64,000 nucleotides of DNA, from NCBI GenBank assembly GCA_934643865.1, contig CAKUCX010000006.1:16936-80935 (forward strand). The letters are read 5' to 3'. Shown piece after piece: positions 8,916 through 17,816 of the stretch. The number at the start of each line of letters is the position of its first letter. Positions within the stretch are counted from its first letter, which is position 1. Position numbers and translations under genes: made by a program. The notes under the pieces are model-generated. The model saw nothing but the letters and a program-made list of their open reading frames with translations, made no database searches and was not told the origin of the DNA. Source of the DNA: an uncultured Kiritimatiellota bacterium. Lineage in GTDB: Bacteria > Verrucomicrobiota > Kiritimatiellia > RFP12 > UBA1067.

Positions 8916-9812
8916 TCACGCTTTAGCGTATTTTCTGAAAGTTCGCCCCATCACAATGGCCGTATTCTTCATCCATTGGAATGCTTTCATGCGCGTCTCT
9001 TCATCAAAATCACGAAAATCACCAAGTTCATTACGCACAATGATTCGACTGGCATCCTTTTCTTCCAACGGCTGCCATTCAGGCACGAAGCCGAGATCCG
9101 TCTCGATATCTTCTTTCTTCTCCAGGAGGCTGGCGTACAGCTTTTTGTTCTTGGGGATGTAGAACTCGACACCAACCCCATTCTGCCGCACATTTATCGT
9201 AAGCGAAATATGTCCGGCGGAAACACCACATCCTAGATCAACCCAATGATCAGACGGGGCTTTTCGTCCAGCACGGAAGACTTTAACATATTCAGGGTCT
9301 TGGTCGGCGAACGCGAAAAACGCCGCCCAATACCCACGGCGCGCGGCAAGAGTCTCGTCAAACTTGCCGCGAGTGGCGTCCGCTGCCGCAGATTCCTCTT
9401 TTTCTTTCTTTGTTTCCTCATACTTCACCAACTCACCACCCGTCAGACCCGCGATCTGTTCCAACAGTTCATACGCTTCTTCTGCCTCCATCTGAAAGAA
9501 TTCGCGCTGACGGACAACCTTCCCAGACGCATTCTTCTCCACCGTTCGCAAATCCGAGCGGAGCATATCTATCAGCCTGTGTACATAGATGTCGCTACGG
9601 GCTGAACCGCTGTCCTCGACCGCGAGCGTCGCGTAGATCTTGAATGAAAACGGAACGGCCGTGCTGCCGTCAAGCTCCCGCTTGCGCTGTTCGACATTCG
9701 CCGCCCATCCAATCTTCACATACTCCTTGAAACTCGGATTGGTCATGATATAGATATAACCTTTATTCACACTTGCATCTCCGTTTGTTTGCTTATCACA
9801 ATTGTACAACAC
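8916..9812 (-). CDS. T5orf172/MUG113 (GIY-YIG-like) N-terminal domain fused to DUF4268
   Basis: 298 aa. GYIYIMTNPSFKEYVKIGWA...RELDGSTAVPFSF is the T5orf172 pattern. The C-terminal half (YWAAF...HISLTINV...VGVEFYI) resembles DUF4268. The gene is AT-rich. Confidence 0.6.
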   Translation of the reverse strand: MLYNCDKQTNGDASVNKGYIYIMTNPSFKEYVKIGWAANVEQRKRELDGSTAVPFSFKIYATLAVEDSGSARSDIYVHRLIDMLRSDLRTVEKNASGKVVRQREFFQMEAEEAYELLEQIAGLTGGELVKYEETKKEKEESAAADATRGKFDETLAARRGYWAAFFAFADQDPEYVKVFRAGRKAPSDHWVDLGCGVSAGHISLTINVRQNGVGVEFYIPKNKKLYASLLEKKEDIETDLGFVPEWQPLEEKDASRIIVRNELGDFRDFDEETRMKAFQWMKNTAIVMGRTFRKYAKA

Positions 9813-9834
9813 AAAGGGCCTCAGATATCATCCG

Positions 9835-9984
9835 TCAATTATTCCAGCCAATTCGAGTCAAGAATGAGTTTAATCGCCTTAATTGCGCCTGAGTCAGCCA
9901 CACCATCTCGTTCTCAAGCCGTACATCCAATCGAATGGTCTCGTTCGGCTGATAAATGACAATCTGATTCTCGGCGTTGTCCAT
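9835..9984 (-). pseudogene. N-terminal fragment of a RhuM-family gene
   Basis: A 49-codon ORF, MDNAENQIVIYQPNETIRLDVRLENEMVWLTQAQL..., matches the conserved RhuM N-terminus. It then diverges and stops, whereas full-length proteins are about 330 aa. Confidence 0.55.
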
Positions 9985-10139
9985 GTCCGTCACGCTCTTT
10001 CTGCCCACTTTCAAGCCTACATTATATCATTTTCGTCTCATCGCCCTGGCGAATAAAGATCCGCGCGCAGACGCCATGTTCGATACTCCTTCTGAACTCA
10101 TCCGTGCGGCGTTTGGCCCGGAGGCGGATCGGAAGAAGC

Positions 10140-10215
10140 GGCAGAGCGTCCCGACGCCGGACGCGCGGAGCATGCTCGCCGCGCGGCTCTGGCGGTTGAA
10201 AGTCACGGCGCGACC
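10140..10215. repeat. 76-bp direct repeat, copy 2 (orphan copy of the flippase 5' end, immediately after the GDSL stop)
   Basis: 75/76 identity to 6887-6962. It encodes VTFNRQSRAASMLRASGVGTLC and then unrelated sequence. Confidence 0.9.
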
Positions 10216-10219
10216 CGCC

Positions 10220-11074
10220 TCACAGAAACGGCGCGAGCGCCTTCATCCAGATGTCGTAGCCCGCGTCCGTGGGATGGATCTCGTCGGCCATCAGCGCGCG
10301 CGGCACCCATCCCGTTTCGTCCACGAGCTGCGCGTTGACATCGACCCAGACGATCTCGGGATGCGCGTCGGCGAAGCACTTCAGGAGCCTGTTCGTCTCG
10401 TCGTTGCGCGCCCGCGCCGCCGCGTGGCGCGCGGACTGCGCGGAGGCCCCGCGCGGGAAGATCGGGTGGAGGATGATCCGCGCCCGGGGCTGCCGAGCCC
10501 TGATCTGCGCGACGATCTTCTCCACGCCCTTCGCCACGTCTTCGGGCCTTGCGGACTTCGCGGAGTTGTTGTTCGTGCCGATCATCAGCACCACGTTCCG
10601 CGCCGTGTAGCCGTCGAGCTCGCCGTGGGCGATCCGCCAGAGGACGTGCTGCGTGCCGTCGCCGCCGTAGCCGCAGTTGAGGACCCGGCGCCCGGCGGTG
10701 AACGCCGCCCAGCTCGCAGGGTGGCGCCATTCCCAGAAGTGCATGATCGAATCGCCAAGCATCACCACGTCCACCGTCTGCCCCTTCAGCGCCCGCACCT
10801 GCTCGATGCGGCTCAGGAAGCGGTTCGCCCACCAGTAGTCCCCAAACGGGCCCTCCCCGCGTCCCGGCGCAGCGTTGCGCGAATTCATCCGCGCCGCCGC
10901 CACGCATTCAACCGGCTCCCGCGCCGCCGCCGCGTCCGCCGCCCCCGCCGCCAGCGCCACACAGGCGGCCAGCCCCAGCAATCCCCGTTTCATTGAGCTT
11001 GCGTGGCGCACCATGCTCTTGCCCCGTCCGCGCCTCAACCCGTCATCGTTATGCCTGTCGTTCGTTTCGTTCAT
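10220..11074 (-). CDS. SGNH/GDSL hydrolase (PAF-acetylhydrolase / sialate O-acetylesterase-like), secreted
   Basis: GDSIMHFW block I, CGYGGDGTQHVLWR block II, MIGTNN block III and DEIHP block V are all present. AGGAG lies 9 nt upstream of ATG 11074. The signal-peptide-like MKRGLLGLAACVALAAG begins at 10993. Confidence 0.75.
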   Translation of the reverse strand: MNETNDRHNDDGLRRGRGKSMVRHASSMKRGLLGLAACVALAAGAADAAAAREPVECVAAARMNSRNAAPGRGEGPFGDYWWANRFLSRIEQVRALKGQTVDVVMLGDSIMHFWEWRHPASWAAFTAGRRVLNCGYGGDGTQHVLWRIAHGELDGYTARNVVLMIGTNNNSAKSARPEDVAKGVEKIVAQIRARQPRARIILHPIFPRGASAQSARHAAARARNDETNRLLKCFADAHPEIVWVDVNAQLVDETGWVPRALMADEIHPTDAGYDIWMKALAPFL

Positions 11075-11186
11075 TGCAGTTTTCTCCTGTCGGACGATGC
11101 CCCGTCGTCAGACCCGGGCATCTTGTTCGGTTGATGTTTCATTCTTCATTTCCCATTTTCTTATAAAGAGTGGTCTGCGTTGCGAG

Positions 11187-12314
11187 TCAGATACCATGCT
11201 CCAGCCTCCGCTTGAGCGCGTCGATGCGGCGCTTCGCCCACAGGAGCGGCGGCAGCAGCGGCACGGCGTGCGCGAGCGTCGCCGCGAAGAGGCGCGCCGC
11301 GCCGCCCGCAGCCGCGACGTCCGCCGCAAGGAAGCGCGCGCGCAGGCGCCGGAGCGCGCGCCGCTTCGCGCGCCCGGACCGCCGGGGCGCGCAGCAGACC
11401 GCCTGCGCCTCGTGGTAGAAGACGAGAAAGGCGAGGCGCCGCGCCGTCTGCGGGTCGTCGCGTCCGAGCCCGCCCGCCAGGAAGATGCGCCGCTTCTCGC
11501 GCGCGAGCCGCAGCCAGTTGCGCGCGCGCACGAAGTCCCCTTCCCGCCGGTAGTAGCCCGAGCAGGCCGACGCCTCGAAGCGCAGGTAGTCGTAGAGCGT
11601 TGTGCGGACGGCCGCGAGCGTCCCCGCCGACAGGAGGTAGTCGAGGAGGAACATCTCGTCCTCGCACATCGTGATGCCGCGCCGGAAGCGTATCTTCCGC
11701 GCCTCGATGAGGTCGCGCCGGAAGAGGCTCGCGACGAGGTAGCCGTTCACGCGGCGCGTCCCGAGGAGGAGCGGGTAGAAGACGCGCGCGAGGATCTCCG
11801 CGCGTCCGCGCAGCGTCTCCGCCGCGCCCGCGAACGGGAACATGACGACGCCGTCGGCCGTCTTCTCCGGCCCGCAGTCGCAGAGGGCGCCGCTCGCAAG
11901 GTCGGCCCGCTCGCGCGCGGCCAGCGCGAGCAGCGTCGTGTAGATTGCCGGGCGCACGCGGTCGTCGGAGTCGCAGAACGCGACCCAGTCGCCGCGCGCG
12001 GCGTCGAGCCCCCGGTTGCGGGCGACGCACACGCCGCCGTTCGGTCCGGAGAGGACGCGAAAGCGCGCGTCCTTCGCCGCGAAGGCGCGGCAGAGCGCGA
12101 GCGAGCCGTCCGTCGAGCCGTCGTCGATGAGGATGAACTCGCAGTCGGCGAGGTGCTGCGTCCGCAGGGCCTCCAGGCACGCGCCCAGCCGCGCCGCCGT
12201 GTTGTAGACGGGCACGACGACGCTCACCTTCGGCCTCGCGGCCAAGGCGGCAGCAGACGCGGCCGGTGCCTCGTTCAGAAGCCTCTCAACGGCCCGTTTT
12301 CGACAATCGCCCAT
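11187..12314 (-). CDS. Family 2 glycosyltransferase
   Basis: VSVVVPVYN...ILIDDGSTDGS...FCDSDD are GT2 motifs. The start is set at ATG 12314 because TGGTATACT (12335-12343) lies 20 nt upstream. The ORF stays open in frame up to 12590. Confidence 0.7.
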   Translation of the reverse strand: MGDCRKRAVERLLNEAPAASAAALAARPKVSVVVPVYNTAARLGACLEALRTQHLADCEFILIDDGSTDGSLALCRAFAAKDARFRVLSGPNGGVCVARNRGLDAARGDWVAFCDSDDRVRPAIYTTLLALAARERADLASGALCDCGPEKTADGVVMFPFAGAAETLRGRAEILARVFYPLLLGTRRVNGYLVASLFRRDLIEARKIRFRRGITMCEDEMFLLDYLLSAGTLAAVRTTLYDYLRFEASACSGYYRREGDFVRARNWLRLAREKRRIFLAGGLGRDDPQTARRLAFLVFYHEAQAVCCAPRRSGRAKRRALRRLRARFLAADVAAAGGAARLFAATLAHAVPLLPPLLWAKRRIDALKRRLEHGI

Positions 12315-12334
12315 AATCGCCCCTAACGGCTGCC

Positions 12335-12343
12335 AGTATACCA
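12335..12343 (-). promoter_or_regulatory. Extended -10 element TGGTATACT
   Basis: Minus-strand TGGTATACT lies 20 nt upstream of the GT2 ATG. The same element type recurs upstream of other genes in the window. Confidence 0.4.
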
Positions 12344-12857
12344 TATCCTCGCCGCCGTAGTAGCCCGGTTTCTGCGCCTGGATGTTCGCCGCCGTGTCAA
12401 CAATCTTCAATTCAACGTCGTTCGACGCCTGGCCCGTGCGGCCGTCGCCGAGGAAGATGTCGCCGTTCGTACCGACCGTGCCCGCAAACGCGCAGTCCGT
12501 CTCCTCGGCGACCTTATCGACGCTGCCGGTGTCGGCGGCCGCCTGTTCCCCAAACGCCACGAACGCGAACAAAATCGTCGCCTTTCGCACGATTCTCGCA
12601 AACTACATCATATTTGGTCTTCTCACTTTCATGGATTCTGTGTACCCCGCCTCTCGTTTTTGGAGTGAAGGGCGCATCGTCTACTCCCCCCGGCTGACTG
12701 TGCAAGAATTTGAACAGCGTTTTTGTCTTTGGCGTTTTTAACCTTCCTTCGGTCTTTAACCACGGAAGGCGCGGACACGCCTTCGGCGACACGGAAAACG
12801 TTTATGCCTGGGATGCGGCCGAATGCCGGCACATGCGATGCATCCGATGGATGCGCG

Positions 12858-14195
12858 CTAGCATCCGAGGCGGCGGGCAAGCGCGTTGAGATAGTCGTCC
12901 GTCATGCCCGAGACGAAGTCCAGCACCGCATGCGCCCACCAGGCGCGGGTGCGGGAACGGTTGGCCTCGTAGTAGGCGGCGTCCCACGCGAGCTGAACGA
13001 GCTGCCGGCTCAGCGTCGAGAGGGCCGCAAACGCAGGCGCGCCGCCTACTTCGGGAATCTGTTCGAGGAACGAGAGGTAGTGGTCGAGGACACCGGCGAA
13101 CTGTCCATAGGAGCCGATCTCGGCAATGACCTTGCGATGGTGGGAGAAGAGGACGCCGTAGAGCTTCTTGATCTCGTCGAACGCCGCCTTCTGCCCGCTC
13201 TCAAGGTAGTCCTTGAGCTCGCCCTCCAGCGCGCCCGCCATGATCGCATCGTAGTGCCGCGTGAACTGCACGAAGAACGCCTCGACGAGGTCGCGGATCG
13301 CCACGCCCCTGAACCACTGGAGGGGCTTGCCCGCACTCTCGGCCTGATGGCGCGGCGTGAGCATCTCGTGGAAGAGCGCGCACACTTGCCGCCGGGGAAG
13401 GATGCCCATCGCCACCGCGTCCTCAAAATCAAGGATGCGGTAGCAGATGTCGTCGGCGGCCTCGGTAAGGAACGAAAGCGGATGGCGCATGAACGTGCCG
13501 TCCGCGCGCACAAGCCCGAGCCGGGACCAGACCGAGCGGAAAATCGCCTCCTCCGTCGTGAACGCCGCGAGCTTTCGCGCGCCGTCCTCCCCTGTCGCGA
13601 AGGAGGAGGAGAGGCGCGGATGCTTGACAAGCGCCCCGAGGGAGGCGAGCGTGAGGCAGTAGAACACCGAATCGCGCAGGTCGCTCCGCACGAGCATCCG
13701 GAAGGCCTGCGCGTTGCCGTCGAACACGCGGAAGTCGTTCCACACGGGATCGGGCCCCAGACGGTCGCCCGCCTTCTCGGCCCAGGCCTGAATCGCCTCT
13801 TCGCCGGAATGCCCGTAGGCGGGGTTGCCGATGTCGTGCGCAAGGCCGGCGGCCTGCATGCACCAGTCGAGGGCCTCAAGCTGGGCGGGCGCCACGTCGC
13901 CGCGTTCGCGCAGGAACGCCTGCAGCTCGCGCGCGAACGTATGGCAGAGCGAGGCGACTTCGAGCGAATGCGTCAGGCGGTTGTGGATGCCGTCGACGTC
14001 CGCAAAGGGATGGACCTGCGTCTTGCGCGCGAGCCGCCGGAACGCGGACGAGAAGACGACGCGGCCGTAGTCGATCTCATACGGCGAGCGCGCGTCGCCC
14101 TGCGGCCGATAGCCGTCGAATCCGACCGCATCGCCTTCCAGCCTGACCCGCAGGGGCGAGAGCAGGTGCGCCCATCTCTCCGTCGCCGCGCTCAC
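12858..14195 (-). CDS. dgt: dGTP triphosphohydrolase-like HD-domain protein
   Basis: RLTHSLEVASL...GLAHDIGNPAYGHSGE are dGTPase HD motifs. The GTG start at 14195 overlaps the upstream TGA (GTGA). The 786-aa track ORF is a read-through artefact. Confidence 0.75.
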   Translation of the reverse strand: MSAATERWAHLLSPLRVRLEGDAVGFDGYRPQGDARSPYEIDYGRVVFSSAFRRLARKTQVHPFADVDGIHNRLTHSLEVASLCHTFARELQAFLRERGDVAPAQLEALDWCMQAAGLAHDIGNPAYGHSGEEAIQAWAEKAGDRLGPDPVWNDFRVFDGNAQAFRMLVRSDLRDSVFYCLTLASLGALVKHPRLSSSFATGEDGARKLAAFTTEEAIFRSVWSRLGLVRADGTFMRHPLSFLTEAADDICYRILDFEDAVAMGILPRRQVCALFHEMLTPRHQAESAGKPLQWFRGVAIRDLVEAFFVQFTRHYDAIMAGALEGELKDYLESGQKAAFDEIKKLYGVLFSHHRKVIAEIGSYGQFAGVLDHYLSFLEQIPEVGGAPAFAALSTLSRQLVQLAWDAAYYEANRSRTRAWWAHAVLDFVSGMTDDYLNALARRLGC

Positions 14196-15328
14196 CCCTC
14201 GATCCCGCAGGCCATGAGCGTGGCCTTGTGGACGGCGACGTCGTGGTCGTACTGGCCGGGCGGGTTCGGACGCCGCCCGCGCACGATGTCCGCGAGTTCC
14301 TTGAGCTGGTCGGCGTAGCGGTCCTTCTGCACGCCGCAGGCCACCGTGTGCGTCCCCGCCTTGTACCCGCCCGCCGGCGCCTTGAGGCGCAGTTCGAGCG
14401 TCGTGGGCCTGCCGTCGAAGCGCTCGATCGGGCGCAGGTCGATGGCCCCCTTCGTCCCCTGGATGCGCAGCCAGCGCGTCGCGCACGCCGCGTGGCGCGC
14501 CGTGCGCACCGTCACCGTGGCGCGCGGCCATTCCAGCACGCTCACGCAGTTCGTCCCCGCGTCTGCGGGGTCGCCGGGCGCGGGGAGGCGCACGACGTGG
14601 GCGCGCGCGGGGAGGCCCGGCATCATCGGGAGGATGAAGTCGATGAGGTGGCAGCCGAGGTTGTACATGAGGCCGCCCTTGAAGGAGGCGATGTAGGCGT
14701 TGTAGTTCCTGCTGCCGTAGTCGTGGTACATGTCGGCCTCGACGGAGATGATCTCCCCGAGCCAGCCCTCCTTGACGGCCTTCTGGCAGAACCGGATCGC
14801 GGGGTTCACGCGGAACATGTAGCCGATCTGCACGGGGAGGCCGCGCGCCTTGCAGAACGCCATCAGCGCCTCGAACTTCCTGAAGTTCTGACCGCACGGC
14901 TTGTCGAGGTGCATCGCAAGGCCGTGCTTCGCGACCTGCCAGGCGACGGGGATGAGGTCGTCGTTCGTCACCTCCACGAAGACGCACTGGATCGTCTTGT
15001 CCGCCCAGACCTGCTCGGGCGTGAGGCGCGGCACGCCGTCGAAGATCTTGAAGTCGCGGTCTTCGGCCGGCGTCTTCGAGGCGCGGTCGTCGACGATGCC
15101 GACAAGCTCGTAGTCGTCGGGCAGCCTGCGGAGCGAATGGAACTTCCCGTCCGCGTGCTCGTGGCGCATGCCCCACTGGACAACGCGCACCTTCTTCGCG
15201 TCCGGGAACGGCCTCCACGGCACGACGGGCGTCGCGTGCGTCACCGCGTCCACCGCCTTCTTCTCGCCCGTCACGCAGCCCGCCGCCGCGAACGCCGCCG
15301 AGAGCCCCAGGAAATCACGTCGCTTCAT
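14192..15328 (-). CDS. Gfo/Idh/MocA-family oxidoreductase with twin-arginine signal
   Basis: MKRRDFLGLSAAFAAAG is a TAT motif. There is an N-terminal Rossmann fold and the family's C-terminal domain. The start at 15328 leaves a 13-nt gap after the GH43 stop. Confidence 0.7.
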   Translation of the reverse strand: MKRRDFLGLSAAFAAAGCVTGEKKAVDAVTHATPVVPWRPFPDAKKVRVVQWGMRHEHADGKFHSLRRLPDDYELVGIVDDRASKTPAEDRDFKIFDGVPRLTPEQVWADKTIQCVFVEVTNDDLIPVAWQVAKHGLAMHLDKPCGQNFRKFEALMAFCKARGLPVQIGYMFRVNPAIRFCQKAVKEGWLGEIISVEADMYHDYGSRNYNAYIASFKGGLMYNLGCHLIDFILPMMPGLPARAHVVRLPAPGDPADAGTNCVSVLEWPRATVTVRTARHAACATRWLRIQGTKGAIDLRPIERFDGRPTTLELRLKAPAGGYKAGTHTVACGVQKDRYADQLKELADIVRGRRPNPPGQYDHDVAVHKATLMACGIEG

Positions 15329-15341
15329 CTTGACCTCGCCT

Positions 15342-16343
15342 TCACTTCCGTTGTTCCGGTTCCGCATGCCACTCCACGCCCGCGCAGGAAAGCCCCGCGT
15401 CGCCCCAGGCGACCGGGAAGAGCTTCATCCGCTCGTCCGGCGTCTTGTTCGGCTGGTGGAGCGAGAGCATGAGCGCGCCGTCGAAGCGGTTGAAGAGCAT
15501 GCCGTGCCCGCCGTCCCGCGTGAAGAGGGGCGTGTGCCGCGTCCAGGGCCCCCGGATGGAGCCGCTTTCGGAGACGCACTGCAGCACGCAGTAGCCGCTC
15601 CCCTTCAGGAAGTTGCTCCAGATCATGCACAGCGCCCGCTCCCCCTTCCGCCGGATCAGGAAGGGGCCGTCCGTCACGTGCCCGCCGCCCGGCGCGTCCG
15701 CCGCGCGGAAGAGCTCCACCGGCTCCGCCGTGAAGCGCGCCAGGTCGCGGCTCATCGGCGCCGCCATCATGCGCCCGTTCCCCGTCTGGCACCACTCGTG
15801 GCAGAACACCATCCACGGCACGCCGTCCTCCACCCAGAGCGTCCCGTCGAGGCACATCCATTCGGGCGGCGTCACGCTCCCCGCCTTCACCGGCCTGAAC
15901 GGCCCGAGCGGGCTCTCGCTGCGGAACACCCACACGCCGCGCGGCTGAAGCCCCCCGCCCGTGAAGCCCTCCTGTAGCATCGGCCTGACCGGATGCGCCG
16001 CGTCCGGGGCGAAGGTCAGCGTGGTGAAGAGCCAGTACGCGCCGTCGTATTTGTGGACCTCGGGCGCCCACACGGCGGTGTTCTTCACCTCCGGCGGCAG
16101 CGTCATCGCCATCCGCTTCTCGCTCCAGCGCTCGAGATCCGTCGACGTGCGCACGCCCACGCCCTTCCCGCCATTCCACGGCTTCGACTCGTAGAGGTAG
16201 TACGTGCCGTTGTCGGGCAGCACGAAGGGGTCGCGGATCTGGAAGTCCGCCCGCGTCAACGCCTTCGGCGCCGCCGCAAGGCCCGCCCCCGCCCACAGCG
16301 CCGCGCACGCCGCCGCGAGCCCCAGAACGTTCCGCCGCGCCAT
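15342..16343 (-). CDS. Glycoside hydrolase family 43-like (five-bladed propeller), secreted
   Basis: RDPFVL...YYLY...WAPEV...YWLF pattern. Signal peptide MARRNVLGLAAACAALWA. The ATG overlaps the upstream TGA (ATGA). Confidence 0.7.
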   Translation of the reverse strand: MARRNVLGLAAACAALWAGAGLAAAPKALTRADFQIRDPFVLPDNGTYYLYESKPWNGGKGVGVRTSTDLERWSEKRMAMTLPPEVKNTAVWAPEVHKYDGAYWLFTTLTFAPDAAHPVRPMLQEGFTGGGLQPRGVWVFRSESPLGPFRPVKAGSVTPPEWMCLDGTLWVEDGVPWMVFCHEWCQTGNGRMMAAPMSRDLARFTAEPVELFRAADAPGGGHVTDGPFLIRRKGERALCMIWSNFLKGSGYCVLQCVSESGSIRGPWTRHTPLFTRDGGHGMLFNRFDGALMLSLHQPNKTPDERMKLFPVAWGDAGLSCAGVEWHAEPEQRK

Positions 16344-17779
16344 CACACGTTCCCGATTTCCCAGCCCTTGCGGTACGTCGTGCGGCAGTAGGCGTTGGCG
16401 GCCGGGTTGTTCGTCACCGCCTTGCCGTCCCACTCGACGCGCGGCCGGCCGTCGCGCGCGGCGAGCGCCACGACGTTGCCCAGCAGCACCGTCTTCACGA
16501 GCGGCACGCCGTAGTCGACGAAGTCCGCGTTCGCCTTGCGCCCCTCGCGGATCGCGTCGAAGAACTCGTGGACGTGGCTCTTGCCCTTCGCGAGGCGGCG
16601 GAACTTCTTCGGCGGCACGGGCAGCGTCTTCTTGAGGGACATCGGCACGAACTGGTATGCGTTGCCGAACTGCCCCGCCCAGAGGATGCCCTTCTCGCCC
16701 ATGAAGAGCGTGCCGATGTTGCCGAGGTTCATCTTGAACTTCTTCTCAAGCTCCAGGACGATCGGCGGGAAGTTCATCCACTCCCGCTTCGCGTAGTGGT
16801 ACTGCACGTCCTCGTCGATCGGCACGTCGTCCTTGATGCCGTCCATCCAGTGGAGCGTCACGGGGTCCATGCCGGGGCGCGCCGGGAACTCGTAGGTGAT
16901 CGTCTCGCGCGTCGGCCAGGACTCCGGGCAGACGTAGCTCATGTCCTCCATCGTCACCGAGGCCGGCGGCGTCCCCATCAGGTTGAGCGCCCAGAACGGC
17001 GCGTCGAGCACGTGGTTGCCCATGTTGCCGAGCGAGCCGTTGCCGAAGCCCCGGATGTCGTACCAGCGCTGGCCGAGGTAGGAGCGGCGGTAGGGGCGCA
17101 TCTCGGCCGGGCCCACCCAGAGGTCCCAGTCCATGCCCTTCGGCGGCGCGATCACGGGGCTGAGCGCCCGCTGCGCGTTGAAGCGGTCGCTCCAGCTCCA
17201 CACCTCGCGCACCTGCCCCAGGGCGCCGCTCTGCACGTACTCGGCGACGAGCGGCTGGAACGGGCCGGAATGGCCGTGGTGGCCCGCCTGCGTGACGACG
17301 CCGTACTTCCGCTGCGCCGCCGCGAGGAGGTCCGCCTCCTCCTCGGAGTAGCAGATCGGCTTCTCGACGTAGACGTGGATGCCCTTCTTCATGCAGGCGA
17401 TCGCGATGGGCGCGTGCGACTGCTGGTTCGAGGCGATGATCGCCGCGTCCACCGCGTCGCCCATCTGCTCCAGAAAGACGCGGTAGTCCGCGAACGTCTT
17501 CACCTTCGAGAGGTCGCAGGACGGCGCGAGCTTCGCGAGGCGCTCCTTCGTGTACGTCATCTGGGGCGCGTCGGGGTCGACCATCGCGACGATCTCCTCG
17601 TCCAGGCACTTCGTCACGAGCACGGAGCGCAGCCGCCCGCCGCAGCCGATGAGCGCGACGCGGATCTTCCGCCCCGCCGCAATCTGCCGTGCCCGGCTCT
17701 GGCCGAAGGCCGGGCCGCCGATGCCGAACGCGGCCGCGCCCGCAGCCAGCCCCAGGAAGTGACGTCTTTTCATTTTCAT
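16343..17779 (-). CDS. Gfo/Idh/MocA-family oxidoreductase with twin-arginine signal (glycoside hydrolase 109-like architecture)
   Basis: MKMKRRHFLGLAAGAAAFG is a TAT motif. RVALIGCGGR is a Rossmann motif. The protein is about 478 aa. Confidence 0.65.
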   Translation of the reverse strand: MKMKRRHFLGLAAGAAAFGIGGPAFGQSRARQIAAGRKIRVALIGCGGRLRSVLVTKCLDEEIVAMVDPDAPQMTYTKERLAKLAPSCDLSKVKTFADYRVFLEQMGDAVDAAIIASNQQSHAPIAIACMKKGIHVYVEKPICYSEEEADLLAAAQRKYGVVTQAGHHGHSGPFQPLVAEYVQSGALGQVREVWSWSDRFNAQRALSPVIAPPKGMDWDLWVGPAEMRPYRRSYLGQRWYDIRGFGNGSLGNMGNHVLDAPFWALNLMGTPPASVTMEDMSYVCPESWPTRETITYEFPARPGMDPVTLHWMDGIKDDVPIDEDVQYHYAKREWMNFPPIVLELEKKFKMNLGNIGTLFMGEKGILWAGQFGNAYQFVPMSLKKTLPVPPKKFRRLAKGKSHVHEFFDAIREGRKANADFVDYGVPLVKTVLLGNVVALAARDGRPRVEWDGKAVTNNPAANAYCRTTYRKGWEIGNV

Positions 17780-17816
17780 AGCCTTGCTACCTTTCATTTC
17801 CTTGCTGCTCCTTTCG

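Noticed and set aside
12858-15218. 786-aa ORF suggesting a giant dGTPase fusion
   Set aside because: The N-terminal 340 codons overlap the Gfo/Idh/MocA gene in another frame and are Arg/Pro-rich nonsense. dGTPase homology starts at the GTG at 14195, which overlaps the upstream stop.
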